A stretch of DNA of 64,000 nt from a virus. Positions 52,688 to 61,967 of this stretch are shown here, piece by piece (position 1 is the stretch's first letter; each line of letters opens with the position of its first letter). A program made the position numbers and the translations under genes. The stretch covers positions 1 to 64,000 of IMG/VR virus record IMGVR_UViG_3300042453_003986; one strand, given 5' to 3'. The notes under the pieces are model-generated. The model worked only from the letters and a program-made list of their open reading frames with translations. It did not search any database and had not been told where the DNA came from.

Positions 52688-54262
52688 TTACTTTGAATTT
52701 TTTAGTTGACGCAATTCCTTGGCCAACTGCTTGATACCCTTCTCTACCACATCATTTGAAGCCTGTGGCTCTGGAAGATCGGGCGCTTGGTTTTCTTGAC
52801 GCTGACTCGCTTGTTCTTTCTTCATCGTGCGAACCATGTCATGGAGCACTGTTTGAAGCACGTTGTCTTCCAGACCTTCGTAAAACGAAAGTCGTTTTTC
52901 TACCTCAGCCTCCGGAAAGACTTCTGCAAGAGCTTGTCTTACTTTTTCTTTCCGGGCTTCGGCGCGGGCGGCATGCTCTGCTTGCCGGTAGGCTTCGACT
53001 TCTTGCCGTAGTTCATTGATCGTTTCCTCCTGATCCTTCACTTGTTGAAGGAGTTGCTCTAGTTCTTTTTGCATTTTTTCCTCTGCTACACTAAGTAGTG
53101 GCGTTCGATTTCCATAAGCAGGAGTATCTACGATACACGTGCCTGCAAATGTAACGTTTTTTAACCAGCGGGTTCCTTCTCGTTCATCTACTTCCGTGTA
53201 ATAGAGCTCCCACGAAGTTCCGATAAACGTACTGGCTCCGTACTGTGCTTTTAAAAGATTGTAAATTCCGGGAAATTCTTGTTTCCATACAAAAGCTTTT
53301 GCTTTGACTACTTCTCGACCGTCTACTGTGTCGAGAAATGCCTCAGTAATAGCTCCGATGGGGTGTGCGGCTTCGTGACCTCCGTAAAAAGATACAGTGT
53401 CAGTTACATACGCACTGATCTTGAGAGGGGTGTTTACGGCGGTTTTTATAATGTTTTCGGCCTCTGTCCGCGGGATTCCCTCGCCGTTTTTATTCGGCTC
53501 AAAGTCGGTAAGGATGAGCTCTACTTCCTTCACGAACGGGTTCTCAACCTCAGACAAGGAAAACCGTAAAGAACCCCTCACTGATGCCGATGTTTTTTTG
53601 TCAGCTGCGTCCATTTGTCGTACTAATCGTGCAAACCATGCTCGACCAGCGGCTCCTCCCCAGAGAAGCCAGCTTACCCACGCTGGAGAATCTTTAGGAG
53701 CGTTCGCAAACCGTGCGTTTCTCCCGTAAAATCGATTACCCATACGAGCTCGAGCAGGAGACACTGATTCTCCTTGTGCGTATTTTCTGGCCCAAAGTAC
53801 GGTAGCAGATTCTAGGCCTTTACCGCTTAAGCCTTTCTCATGCAGGGCTAGCCCTCGACGTGCTGCACTGCGTACTCCTGCCGGAGGAGAAAAGTTGATA
53901 TTAGAGTATTTTGCAGACCACGAACGTTTTTGGGCACTTTCACTCGGATCGTCTGAATATTCTTCTTCGTTTTCTTCTTCTTCTGGTTCTGCGGGAATCT
54001 CTACGTCGAGTTCTTCATTTTCGATCACCCAAAACTTACAAATAGCGTCTGGCTCTAGCACACCCGCTACAATTGCGCAGCTGTTACTCTCTTTAGCAAA
54101 GAAAACACAGTTTGCGCACACCAGCCCTTGCTCTTTGAAAGGGTTATCTTGAGCAGGAGTATAGTGAGACCCGTCTCCGTCCATACCCCAGTTGAACTTA
54201 CCATACTCATCCGTAATTTCAACGAGACTATCTATAAGTTCTTGTTGTTTTTCTGTAAGCAT
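52688..54262 (-). CDS. Prohead protease-scaffold fusion with N-terminal HiPIP-like Cys motif
   Basis: PN.NG, GH...HPIG.I, GTSWE and F.G.CIV..PAY protease motifs; C-terminal coiled coil. Confidence 0.8.
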   Translation of the reverse strand: MLTEKQQELIDSLVEITDEYGKFNWGMDGDGSHYTPAQDNPFKEQGLVCANCVFFAKESNSCAIVAGVLEPDAICKFWVIENEELDVEIPAEPEEEENEEEYSDDPSESAQKRSWSAKYSNINFSPPAGVRSAARRGLALHEKGLSGKGLESATVLWARKYAQGESVSPARARMGNRFYGRNARFANAPKDSPAWVSWLLWGGAAGRAWFARLVRQMDAADKKTSASVRGSLRFSLSEVENPFVKEVELILTDFEPNKNGEGIPRTEAENIIKTAVNTPLKISAYVTDTVSFYGGHEAAHPIGAITEAFLDTVDGREVVKAKAFVWKQEFPGIYNLLKAQYGASTFIGTSWELYYTEVDEREGTRWLKNVTFAGTCIVDTPAYGNRTPLLSVAEEKMQKELEQLLQQVKDQEETINELRQEVEAYRQAEHAARAEARKEKVRQALAEVFPEAEVEKRLSFYEGLEDNVLQTVLHDMVRTMKKEQASQRQENQAPDLPEPQASNDVVEKGIKQLAKELRQLKNSK

Positions 54263-55020
54263 TAAGCACCTCGCACAATATGTACTTCGAGTGTTCCTGC
54301 AACTGAAGCAGCGGGAACAAAAGAAATAATGATTCCATTAGTCGGAGAGCTCAACGCGGGCAGATGTTTGAATGCCGCACCTGAAACAGCAGTGCTTAAA
54401 ACTGCATAGCGAGCGTCTGCTGCTACAGCAAAGCTAGTCAACAATAAGTCTGCTTCTAAAGCTCCGTAATCTCCGTACACTCTTAGCTCACCGCTTGCGG
54501 CTGACTTGAATGAAAAAGATACTGATCTCCAACCTGAACGAATAAGCGGAACATACACAAACCGAGTGTTAGTTCTCGACGTATCAAAAAACGTACCGCT
54601 AATAGAAAGCGGAGACAGTGAGCCAGCATTAAACGAATCTTCAGTAACGTAGATGTCGTCATAACCGGTACTAATTGACGAGACTAGCTCATTAACGTGA
54701 CCATCACCAGCTGTTTTTAAAGATCCCCGTGCAGTTAAGCGTAGCGGAGAAAGTTCGTCTTCAGCCAACTCAGTCAGTGTATTTGCGGTTGTTTCTCCGC
54801 GGTAGACACCGCCTACAGGTAAAACTGACTTATCAGCACTGTAGTTGTATGTATACCCAGATACTGCAAAATCTACTGGAAGTGGGGCGGTATACGTTCC
54901 CAGTGCTTGTCCTGAATCATCGCTGAGTACAAACTGCTGATAATGAACAGTAACTCCGTTTTCCTGTAGTTCTACTGTAGCTAGATTAGAAGCACTAGTA
55001 GATGGAATTTCTAAGGGCAT
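54262..55020 (-). CDS. Putative virion structural protein, 252 aa
   Basis: First gene of the head operon; Ser/Thr/Gly-rich; AGGAGG RBS. Confidence 0.6.
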   Translation of the reverse strand: MPLEIPSTSASNLATVELQENGVTVHYQQFVLSDDSGQALGTYTAPLPVDFAVSGYTYNYSADKSVLPVGGVYRGETTANTLTELAEDELSPLRLTARGSLKTAGDGHVNELVSSISTGYDDIYVTEDSFNAGSLSPLSISGTFFDTSRTNTRFVYVPLIRSGWRSVSFSFKSAASGELRVYGDYGALEADLLLTSFAVAADARYAVLSTAVSGAAFKHLPALSSPTNGIIISFVPAASVAGTLEVHIVRGA

Positions 55021-55046
55021 AAAAGTCCTCCTAATAATGTCAATAA

Positions 55047-55436
55047 TTATTTGTCAGCTTTAATCTTATTCACAATCGACCTAACGGTTTCTCGAGAAAC
55101 CGTCAATCCGTGAGAATAGCAAAGCTTTGTGATGTATCTAATTGAAAAAGAGGGGTTGTAGATTGCACGAATATACGCTTCTATTGTTTCTGGATGACGA
55201 GGCCGTCCTCTCTGCCGGGAAGAACCGTATTGCGTTTGCAGGGAACTCGCAAAAAACAAGTCGGTGTAATCGGTAGATTCAAGACGATCTATGTAGTACT
55301 GCCGTTTTTGCAAGCGCACTAGTTCTTTAAACCAATCGGTGTCTACGTACGGACTATAGAGCGGATGACAGACTGAGCAAAGGATTGAAGAAGATGAACG
55401 AAGAGATTCGCACATCAAGCACTTATTAACATTCAT
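55047..55436 (-). CDS. Zn-finger plus putative DNA-binding protein
   Basis: CLMC...CSVC, RGRP and C-terminal SIR.I......G..VSRETVR HTH-like segment. Confidence 0.65.
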   Translation of the reverse strand: MNVNKCLMCESLRSSSSILCSVCHPLYSPYVDTDWFKELVRLQKRQYYIDRLESTDYTDLFFASSLQTQYGSSRQRGRPRHPETIEAYIRAIYNPSFSIRYITKLCYSHGLTVSRETVRSIVNKIKADK

Positions 55437-55478
55437 AGGTATCCATTGACAAAAAATTTCGGCAATACTGCCGCTTCT

Positions 55479-55507
55479 ATTTTACCAAAGCGGACTTTAA
55501 AAAGCAA
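55479..55507 (-). promoter_or_regulatory. Leftward promoter TTGCTT-N17-TAAAAT with TG extension
   Basis: Near-consensus, correct spacing, upstream of 55436. Confidence 0.65.
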
Positions 55508-55782
55508 GTAAAAACAAAAAATGCTGAAGATGAGCGGAATATGAGTAAAATATAAGAAAATTCTCATCTAATTCTCATGAAAATGCTCTTGCGGAACTTG
55601 ACAAGAAAAATTATAATTGAACTACCCGAAACCCCTTAAACCGTTAAAGAAAAAAGTTTTCAGAATAAATAGAAATATGCTTAGAAATAAGTAAGAATAA
55701 AGATCTCTTTAAAAATATGTAAATAAACAAATATACTTAAATAAAAAGAAGAACAAGTAAACAGTAGTATTTAAGGAATAGT

Positions 55783-55808
55783 CTATCTATATATCTATAT
55801 ATAGATAG
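55783..55808. repeat. Perfect 12-bp AT-rich inverted repeat
   Basis: CTATCTATATAT-CT-ATATATAGATAG. Confidence 0.85.
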
Positions 55809-55824
55809 TGTTCTTTTTTTTTTT

Positions 55825-55853
55825 TTGAAATTTTGCCGTTTTTCCTGTATAAT
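55825..55853 (+). promoter_or_regulatory. Rightward promoter TTGAAA-N17-TATAAT
   Basis: Near-consensus with an upstream T tract; precedes the MazG-like gene. Confidence 0.8.
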
Positions 55854-55921
55854 ACTTGAAGGGTTAGTCTTTGCTTGTGGTAGTCCGCTTTAGTTTCCGA
55901 TTATTTTTTTTAAGGAGTTTT

Positions 55922-56263
55922 ATGCCTAATGTGTCTTTTGAGCAGTATGCTCAGTTAGTAGAGGATACTCGTGTGTATCCTGAAACGTATGCCGTCATCT
56001 ATCCAAGCCTTGGTCTTGCAAACGAAGCAGGTGAAGTACTTGGAAAGGTTAAAAAGGCACTCCGCGATAACAACATTGATGCTCCGTTTACTCCGCAAGT
56101 AATCAGCGATGTTGCCGATGAGCTTGGTGACGTTCTTTGGTACATCACTTGTCTTGCACGAGATCTGGGTGTTTCTTTAGATGAGATCGTAGAACGGAAT
56201 TATGTAAAGTTAACGGATCGCAAAGCGCGAAACGTACTTAAAGGAAGTGGAGATAAGCGATGA
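55922..56263 (+). CDS. mazG: MazG-like nucleotide pyrophosphohydrolase
   Basis: LGLANEAGEV..KVKK..RD and DELGDVLWY; TAAGGAG before the ATG at 55922. Confidence 0.9.
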   Translation: MPNVSFEQYAQLVEDTRVYPETYAVIYPSLGLANEAGEVLGKVKKALRDNNIDAPFTPQVISDVADELGDVLWYITCLARDLGVSLDEIVERNYVKLTDRKARNVLKGSGDKR

Positions 56264-56565
56264 ACTTAGTAAATGGGTCACAGCGCCCTGTACAGCGCTA
56301 TACTGTAATCGGATGGGATGCGAACTCAGACGGATCGTTTTCTGTGGAGTTTGCCGTTACCAGTCCAAATCAAGAAGAGTACGAAGCGTATAGAATAAAT
56401 ATTCCGTTTCAGGGAGAAGATCCGGCGTTGTTTTTCGCCAAGCTCCGAAACTACATGGTTAGTCATGTAGCTTATTTAGACAGTCTTTCAGCCATTAAGC
56501 AGCAGTTGGGCGGGTTTACGTTTACCGACTGTATTATACAAGGAGTTTCCAATGTTTCTCAGTAG
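56260..56565 (+). CDS. Hypothetical protein, 101 aa
   Basis: ATGA overlap; GGAG RBS. Confidence 0.7.
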   Translation: MNLVNGSQRPVQRYTVIGWDANSDGSFSVEFAVTSPNQEEYEAYRINIPFQGEDPALFFAKLRNYMVSHVAYLDSLSAIKQQLGGFTFTDCIIQGVSNVSQ

Positions 56566-58666
56566 CTCATTTCTCGCCAAGTACGGCGACAACCCTCAGT
56601 GGCCAACTCTGCTGGGTCAGTTTGTATATCTCCGCACGTATTCTCGATTTCTTCCAGAAGAAGGCCGCCGAGAAACGTGGAAGGAAACTGTTCGACGTGT
56701 GGTCGAGTACTCAATTGGTTTGGACAAACACAGCAGTCCCGACCGTCTTACCGAAGAGGCTCGCTTACTTTTTGATTACATGTTTAACTTAAAGGTATTT
56801 CCTGCAGGGCGCACGTTGTGGACTGGAGGAACTGAAGCTGCTAAGCAGTACCCGATGTCCAACTTTAACTGCAGTTTTGTAGTGGTGGACAGCTTTACCG
56901 CGTTTTTCGATGCGTTCTATCTAATGATGCTGGGGACTGGCGTAGGTTTTCGTGTGCTTCCTGACGACGTAAAAAAGCTGCCAAAGATTGGCCGACTTGT
57001 GTATTCGGAAGTTCCGTACGTACCCGTTTCAAAAGCGGAGCGTGCTCAAGAGACGTCTGTGCGTGCCGTAGAGCCACACGTGTACGAAGTACACATTGGA
57101 GATACTAAGGAAGGCTGGGTTGAGGGACTTCGCGTGCTAATGGAAAAAGCCGAAGTCGCTTACGAGGAGCGTGTTCCCGTTACTCTAGTGTTTAATTACA
57201 ACAGCGTGCGTCCTGCTGGCGAGCCTTTGCGTGTCTTTGGCGGACGTGCTTCGGGACCTGAAGCTTTGCGCGATATGTACCGTCAAATTATTGCAGTAAT
57301 CAACAGCGTTCCTGCAAAGCAGCACCGACTTCGCACCGTAGACGCAATGGATATTATGAACTTGATCGGACAAGCGGTGGTAGTGGGCGGAGTTCGTCGT
57401 TCTAGCGAAATCACGTTGTTTTCTGTAGAGGATCAAAGTGTGTTGGAGGCAAAAACGGGTCTGTGGACCGATCCGGCAAAAGCCGACAAGCGCTATCGTG
57501 CAATGTCTAATAACTCGGTGTTTTTTACAGAAAAGCCATCGCGAAAAATCCTCGAGGATATTTTTGCCCGCATTATGGACAACGGAGAACCCGGATTTAT
57601 CAACGCAGCCGCTGCATCAAAGCGCCGTAAGTGGTACGCTGGCACTAACCCGTGTGCAGAGATTTTGTTGGCCAACAACGGCGTGTGTAACCTTTCCGAA
57701 GTAAACGTTGCCGCTTTCGTAAACGAAGACAATCAATTTAACACTCAAGAGTTTCTAGTCGCTGTTGCTCTTGCAACGCGGATCGGTGTCCGGATGGCTT
57801 CGGTTGACCTAGAACTTCCTCACTGGGATGCCGTGCAAAAACGCGATCGACTGACTGGAGTTTCTTTGACTGGATACGTAGAAGCGATGAATCGCGTGGG
57901 CTTGTCCACCACTGAAGAAAGTGATGATTTATGCGACGTAGTGCTAGCGCAGGCACGTAAAGCTGCTCACGATGTCGCTAACAACTATTCGGCTCATCTA
58001 AAGATAACCGCTCCGCTGCTGACTACGTGTGTTAAGCCTTCTGGAACAATCGCACAGCTTCCAACAGTGAGCTCTGGTGCACACGCGTCATATGCTCCGT
58101 ACTACATTCGCCGTGTACGCATTAGCAGCACAGACCCGCTGGCAAAGGCTATGCGAAGCCTTGGCTTTGTCACATATCCAGAAGCAACGTACGCGCTTCC
58201 GCATCAGTTTGAGGCGATGAGTTTGGAAGAGCGCACTGTGTTGATGCAAGAGGCAAAAACGTGGGTTATTGAGTTTCCGGTTAAAACGGCTGCACAACGC
58301 CCCGCTTCAGCAGAATCTGCACTTGAGCAGCTAAACCGTTACTTTATTCTGCAGAAGCATTGGACTGATCACAATACTTCAATCACTGTGACAATCAAGC
58401 CAGAAGAGGTAGAGCAGGTAATTGACTTACTTCTTGAGCGCTGGGATGACTACATCGGTGTTTCGTTCTTACCCGCCTCGACTGGAGCGTATCCATTGAT
58501 GCCGTACGAAGAAATTACGCAAGCGGAATACGAACGGCGCGCTGCTGGTATTGCAGACATCACAGGCGACGTGTTGACAGCACGTCTAGATATTTTTGAG
58601 TCTGGTGGAAATCCGGACGAGATTTTGGATTCTGATTGCGAAGGCGGCGCTTGTCCGATTCGCTGA
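56552..58666 (+). CDS. nrdJ: Class II (B12-dependent) ribonucleotide reductase
   Basis: RTYSR, PAGRTLW, NFNC, GGVRRS, TNPCAEI, CNL, VKPSGT and C-terminal CEGGACPIR; no beta subunit gene nearby. Confidence 0.93.
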   Translation: MFLSSSFLAKYGDNPQWPTLLGQFVYLRTYSRFLPEEGRRETWKETVRRVVEYSIGLDKHSSPDRLTEEARLLFDYMFNLKVFPAGRTLWTGGTEAAKQYPMSNFNCSFVVVDSFTAFFDAFYLMMLGTGVGFRVLPDDVKKLPKIGRLVYSEVPYVPVSKAERAQETSVRAVEPHVYEVHIGDTKEGWVEGLRVLMEKAEVAYEERVPVTLVFNYNSVRPAGEPLRVFGGRASGPEALRDMYRQIIAVINSVPAKQHRLRTVDAMDIMNLIGQAVVVGGVRRSSEITLFSVEDQSVLEAKTGLWTDPAKADKRYRAMSNNSVFFTEKPSRKILEDIFARIMDNGEPGFINAAAASKRRKWYAGTNPCAEILLANNGVCNLSEVNVAAFVNEDNQFNTQEFLVAVALATRIGVRMASVDLELPHWDAVQKRDRLTGVSLTGYVEAMNRVGLSTTEESDDLCDVVLAQARKAAHDVANNYSAHLKITAPLLTTCVKPSGTIAQLPTVSSGAHASYAPYYIRRVRISSTDPLAKAMRSLGFVTYPEATYALPHQFEAMSLEERTVLMQEAKTWVIEFPVKTAAQRPASAESALEQLNRYFILQKHWTDHNTSITVTIKPEEVEQVIDLLLERWDDYIGVSFLPASTGAYPLMPYEEITQAEYERRAAGIADITGDVLTARLDIFESGGNPDEILDSDCEGGACPIR

Positions 58667-58689
58667 CAAATTAACTCTGTAGTTAGTAG

Positions 58690-58724
58690 AGGGCAAGCTG
58701 TCTGTTTTGGGCAGCTTGTCCTTT
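58690..58724 (+). terminator. Terminator-like hairpin after nrdJ
   Basis: AGGGCAAGCTGTC/GGCAGCTTGTCCT stem with G.U pairs and a short T run. Confidence 0.6.
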
Positions 58725-58740
58725 CAAAGGACAGCAATAC

Positions 58741-59388
58741 ATGGCAAAAAGTCGTCGATTTCAGGAGATACTGGATAGTTACTCAGACAAGTATGACTTG
58801 GCTACGCTATCGTCTCCGAACGACCGAGCAAACCTTGAGATGCTCATCAACAATCAAGTAATCGTTGAAAGTATTCAAGCAAAGCTTCAAGAGCTGACGG
58901 AAGACGATCCAGTGGAGAATATTGACATTATTCAGCGTTTAGGCTCGTCTCTTAAAGACATTATTGAGCGAAATTTGCAACTGGAGCGTGCACTTGCTCT
59001 TGATCGAAAGACTCGCAACACTAACACGTCTGAGTCGGTCGCGGAGTACCTTGTAAATTTAAAGCAGGTGGCTTTAGACTTTTTAGAGAAGCGCCTACTG
59101 CGCGTGTACTGCCCTGATTGTAAAATCATGGTTGCGCGTCTTTCGATTGTGCAAGAGCACAGCCCATTTTCACTTCGTGTCAAGTGCAGTCAATGTGAAA
59201 AAGATGTAATTATAGAGCGAGAAGAAAAAGACATCTTTTTTGACGTAGCCGACTCTGCGTGGAGAAGAAAGTACCAATACAAGGTTCAGAAGGCAAAGAA
59301 AACCGAATCTTCCATTGAAGAGGTTGAAGACGACCTGCTGCTTGTTGACCCTGAGGAGGACAGCGATGCTCATTCCGAAGCTCAGTGA
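58741..59388 (+). CDS. Putative terminase small subunit (coiled coil plus Zn ribbon)
   Basis: Directly upstream of and overlapping terL; CPDC...CSQC. Confidence 0.5.
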   Translation: MAKSRRFQEILDSYSDKYDLATLSSPNDRANLEMLINNQVIVESIQAKLQELTEDDPVENIDIIQRLGSSLKDIIERNLQLERALALDRKTRNTNTSESVAEYLVNLKQVALDFLEKRLLRVYCPDCKIMVARLSIVQEHSPFSLRVKCSQCEKDVIIEREEKDIFFDVADSAWRRKYQYKVQKAKKTESSIEEVEDDLLLVDPEEDSDAHSEAQ

Positions 59389-61963
59389 GGCCGAGTATGC
59401 TCTGTTAGAGGTGATTGAGGACCCTATCTGGCTAAACGAGTTTCTGCGGTCGACTAATTATGGTGACATGAACAAAAGTAATTGGCCGGCAGAGGAGTTT
59501 TCGTTTCGTCCGTATCAGCGTGAGCTGCTTACAGACCAATCGCCGCATATTGTAGTTACTGGGGGACGTGCTATTGGAAAGTGTCAGCCAGCACATGCAC
59601 GCGTGTACACTACCGAAGGATACAAAACTATCACGCAGTTGAAGAAACAGCCGTCTTTTGTGACATACGGATACTCGGAAGAAACAAAGACATTTACTAA
59701 ACGACGAGCGTACATTCGCAGGGACAAGTGGAAACGTTGTTTTCACATTAAGTCAGCGACAGCACGCGATCTTATCGTCACAGATGCTCACCCAGTCCTC
59801 ACGCCTAAAGGGTACGTTATGGCTGGTCATCTGCGTGTCGGCGACCTCATTGCTACAATGAATCAGTTACCGACTGAGCACTGTCAAGACACAACGATGA
59901 AGTGGGCAGAAGCGCGAGCATTAGGTTACTTTTCTGTAAACAGCTTATATGTCCGTTCTTCCGGAGGAATTAAGCCCAGATTTCGCAAGATTGAGGCGGA
60001 ATTGCACGCAATTGCAGAAGATCTGTACTTGCAGGTAAGAAAGCTTGACGATGGCCGCGTATACTTAGATCGACTAAAAGCCAGCGGAGTAAAACATACC
60101 GTAACTCAGCTTCGGCTAGAGTTGGGTTTGCTTAAAGAAGAAGATCGTCGAGTAAACCGCCTTGACTGGTTAAAGACATACTCTTTACCGACAATCAAGG
60201 CATTTATTGAGGCTGCTTTTGCTCAGTACGGTAACTTGTCGTTAGACCGAGTATCTCTAAAAGTAACCAATCGGGCGTACGTAGAAGATTGGCGAGAAAT
60301 TTTGCTATACTTCGGAGTTTCCACTACAATTACAAAATTAGCCGATCATACCGACGAACGTCATGACCTAGACATTGACGACAGCGTCTGGCTGCTGGAA
60401 ACTGCTACAAAACGAGATGCTCGCGTGTTTTGGGGTCAGTTTACTCTGCCGGGTGTGGCTATTTCAGAAAAAGCAGCAGAGCCGATGGCCTCTGAATGGT
60501 TTCGATGGGAACCTATTACCGAAATCAGCATTACTAATCGATTTAATTTGACCTACTCCATTCATGTGTACCAAGACGAAACGTACATTTCAGAAAACAT
60601 CGTGGTGCATAACTCGGTCATTCTGGAAGACTTGTTGACGTATCAGGTGTTAAATTCAAATATTGAATTTCCAAAAACACCTGAACAACTACTCGTTACG
60701 CCAAATACTTCGCAGATGACCCCATTACTGGATCGACTAGTGTTGAAGTTTACTACTTCTCCGATGCTAAAAGATTTTCTTAAAAATCAAATTAACCGAT
60801 CAAAAGGAACGCTTGACTTTAGTATGGGAGCGCGACAGCATCGTTTGTACGCACGTATTGCCGGTAGCAAAGAGGCAAACAACCTTGTAGGTCTGCACAT
60901 TCCTAAGGTATGCGGAGATGAGTTCCAGCTTTTTTCTATGTCTGCGTTTAACCAGCTGCAGCCTACTATCAACACTTGGGAAAGCAAAGTACAGGAGGTA
61001 TATTTCGGAGTACCAAACGGTATGCGAAATATGGCGATTTACGTGCTAGACATGAAGATGGCCAAGTTTAAAAAGTACCGCATTCCTGCACCCAATAACC
61101 CGTACTTCACTCGCGATGACTGGAATGACGCGCTGGCAAAATTTGGTGGAGAAGACAGCGACACCTTCCAACAACTAATTCTTGGCCGTCACGGCTCTCC
61201 TTCGTTTCAGCTACTTTCTCGCGATCAGATGAAAACGGTCCCGATTGACTTCTACCGGTATCGATACGCGCAAGCCGACAAAGAATCGGGTAAATCGTAT
61301 CGAGATGCTCTTCCGGTCATTAAGCTTCCTCCTCACTTAGATGTCGTATTCTCGATTGACACCGGATTTTCTGATCCAACAATTATCCAAGTACTTATCC
61401 GTACCGAGACTTACTGGGTATGCGTACGGCGATACCGTATTCAGCGCATCGACTATCCAGAGCAAGAACAGATTATTGACTACCTTGTAAAAGCGTATCT
61501 TCCCTCACTCGTGGCAGTAGACGTAGGTGCTGGAGGCGGTGGTGCAGGAATTATCCAAAGTTTGAAAACAAGGCCTGAGTATGCTGCGATGAACTACGCA
61601 AAGCGAATTCTCCCTGTGCAGTTTAATGAAAAAGTGGTGCTGGGTGCTGCGGACGAAATTGAAGTCAGTGAATCATTTAAATCGTGGGGCACTGGCGAGC
61701 TTGTCAAGAATATCTATAGCGGTAATTTAGTATTTTCTGAAGTAGACGCGGAAGGCATCTCGCAGCTTGAACGCTTGGCTCGTCAACGACGTACTAGCGG
61801 AGCAATGCACTACTTTATTACTTCGCCCCGAGGCTTTGGAGAGACAGCCGATGATCACATTTACGCAAGCTACTTATGTTTTATTGCCGCTCTTCGTGAG
61901 CCAAAGCAAGCGGCCTTAGTTCCGTCCTTGGCAAGGGCGACCAGTCAATTTACACAGAGGTAA
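59366..61963 (+). CDS. terL: Terminase large subunit containing an intein
   Basis: RPYQ, GGRAIGK/S Walker A (split by the intein), GDE Walker B, GVPNG, SIDTG.SDPT and DDH nuclease motifs; GAGGAGG before the ATG at 59366. Confidence 0.9.
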   Translation: MLIPKLSEAEYALLEVIEDPIWLNEFLRSTNYGDMNKSNWPAEEFSFRPYQRELLTDQSPHIVVTGGRAIGKCQPAHARVYTTEGYKTITQLKKQPSFVTYGYSEETKTFTKRRAYIRRDKWKRCFHIKSATARDLIVTDAHPVLTPKGYVMAGHLRVGDLIATMNQLPTEHCQDTTMKWAEARALGYFSVNSLYVRSSGGIKPRFRKIEAELHAIAEDLYLQVRKLDDGRVYLDRLKASGVKHTVTQLRLELGLLKEEDRRVNRLDWLKTYSLPTIKAFIEAAFAQYGNLSLDRVSLKVTNRAYVEDWREILLYFGVSTTITKLADHTDERHDLDIDDSVWLLETATKRDARVFWGQFTLPGVAISEKAAEPMASEWFRWEPITEISITNRFNLTYSIHVYQDETYISENIVVHNSVILEDLLTYQVLNSNIEFPKTPEQLLVTPNTSQMTPLLDRLVLKFTTSPMLKDFLKNQINRSKGTLDFSMGARQHRLYARIAGSKEANNLVGLHIPKVCGDEFQLFSMSAFNQLQPTINTWESKVQEVYFGVPNGMRNMAIYVLDMKMAKFKKYRIPAPNNPYFTRDDWNDALAKFGGEDSDTFQQLILGRHGSPSFQLLSRDQMKTVPIDFYRYRYAQADKESGKSYRDALPVIKLPPHLDVVFSIDTGFSDPTIIQVLIRTETYWVCVRRYRIQRIDYPEQEQIIDYLVKAYLPSLVAVDVGAGGGGAGIIQSLKTRPEYAAMNYAKRILPVQFNEKVVLGAADEIEVSESFKSWGTGELVKNIYSGNLVFSEVDAEGISQLERLARQRRTSGAMHYFITSPRGFGETADDHIYASYLCFIAALREPKQAALVPSLARATSQFTQR
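59582..60613 (+). mobile_element. Intein (344 aa) with degenerate LAGLIDADG-like region
   Basis: Starts CQPAHARV, block B VTDAHP, ends NIVVHN followed by Ser. Confidence 0.92.
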
Positions 61964-61967
61964 CACT

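Noticed and set aside
55599-55617. TTGACA...TATAAT as one perfect promoter
   Set aside because: The hexamers are only 7 nt apart; TATAAT pairs better with TTGCGG 17 nt upstream
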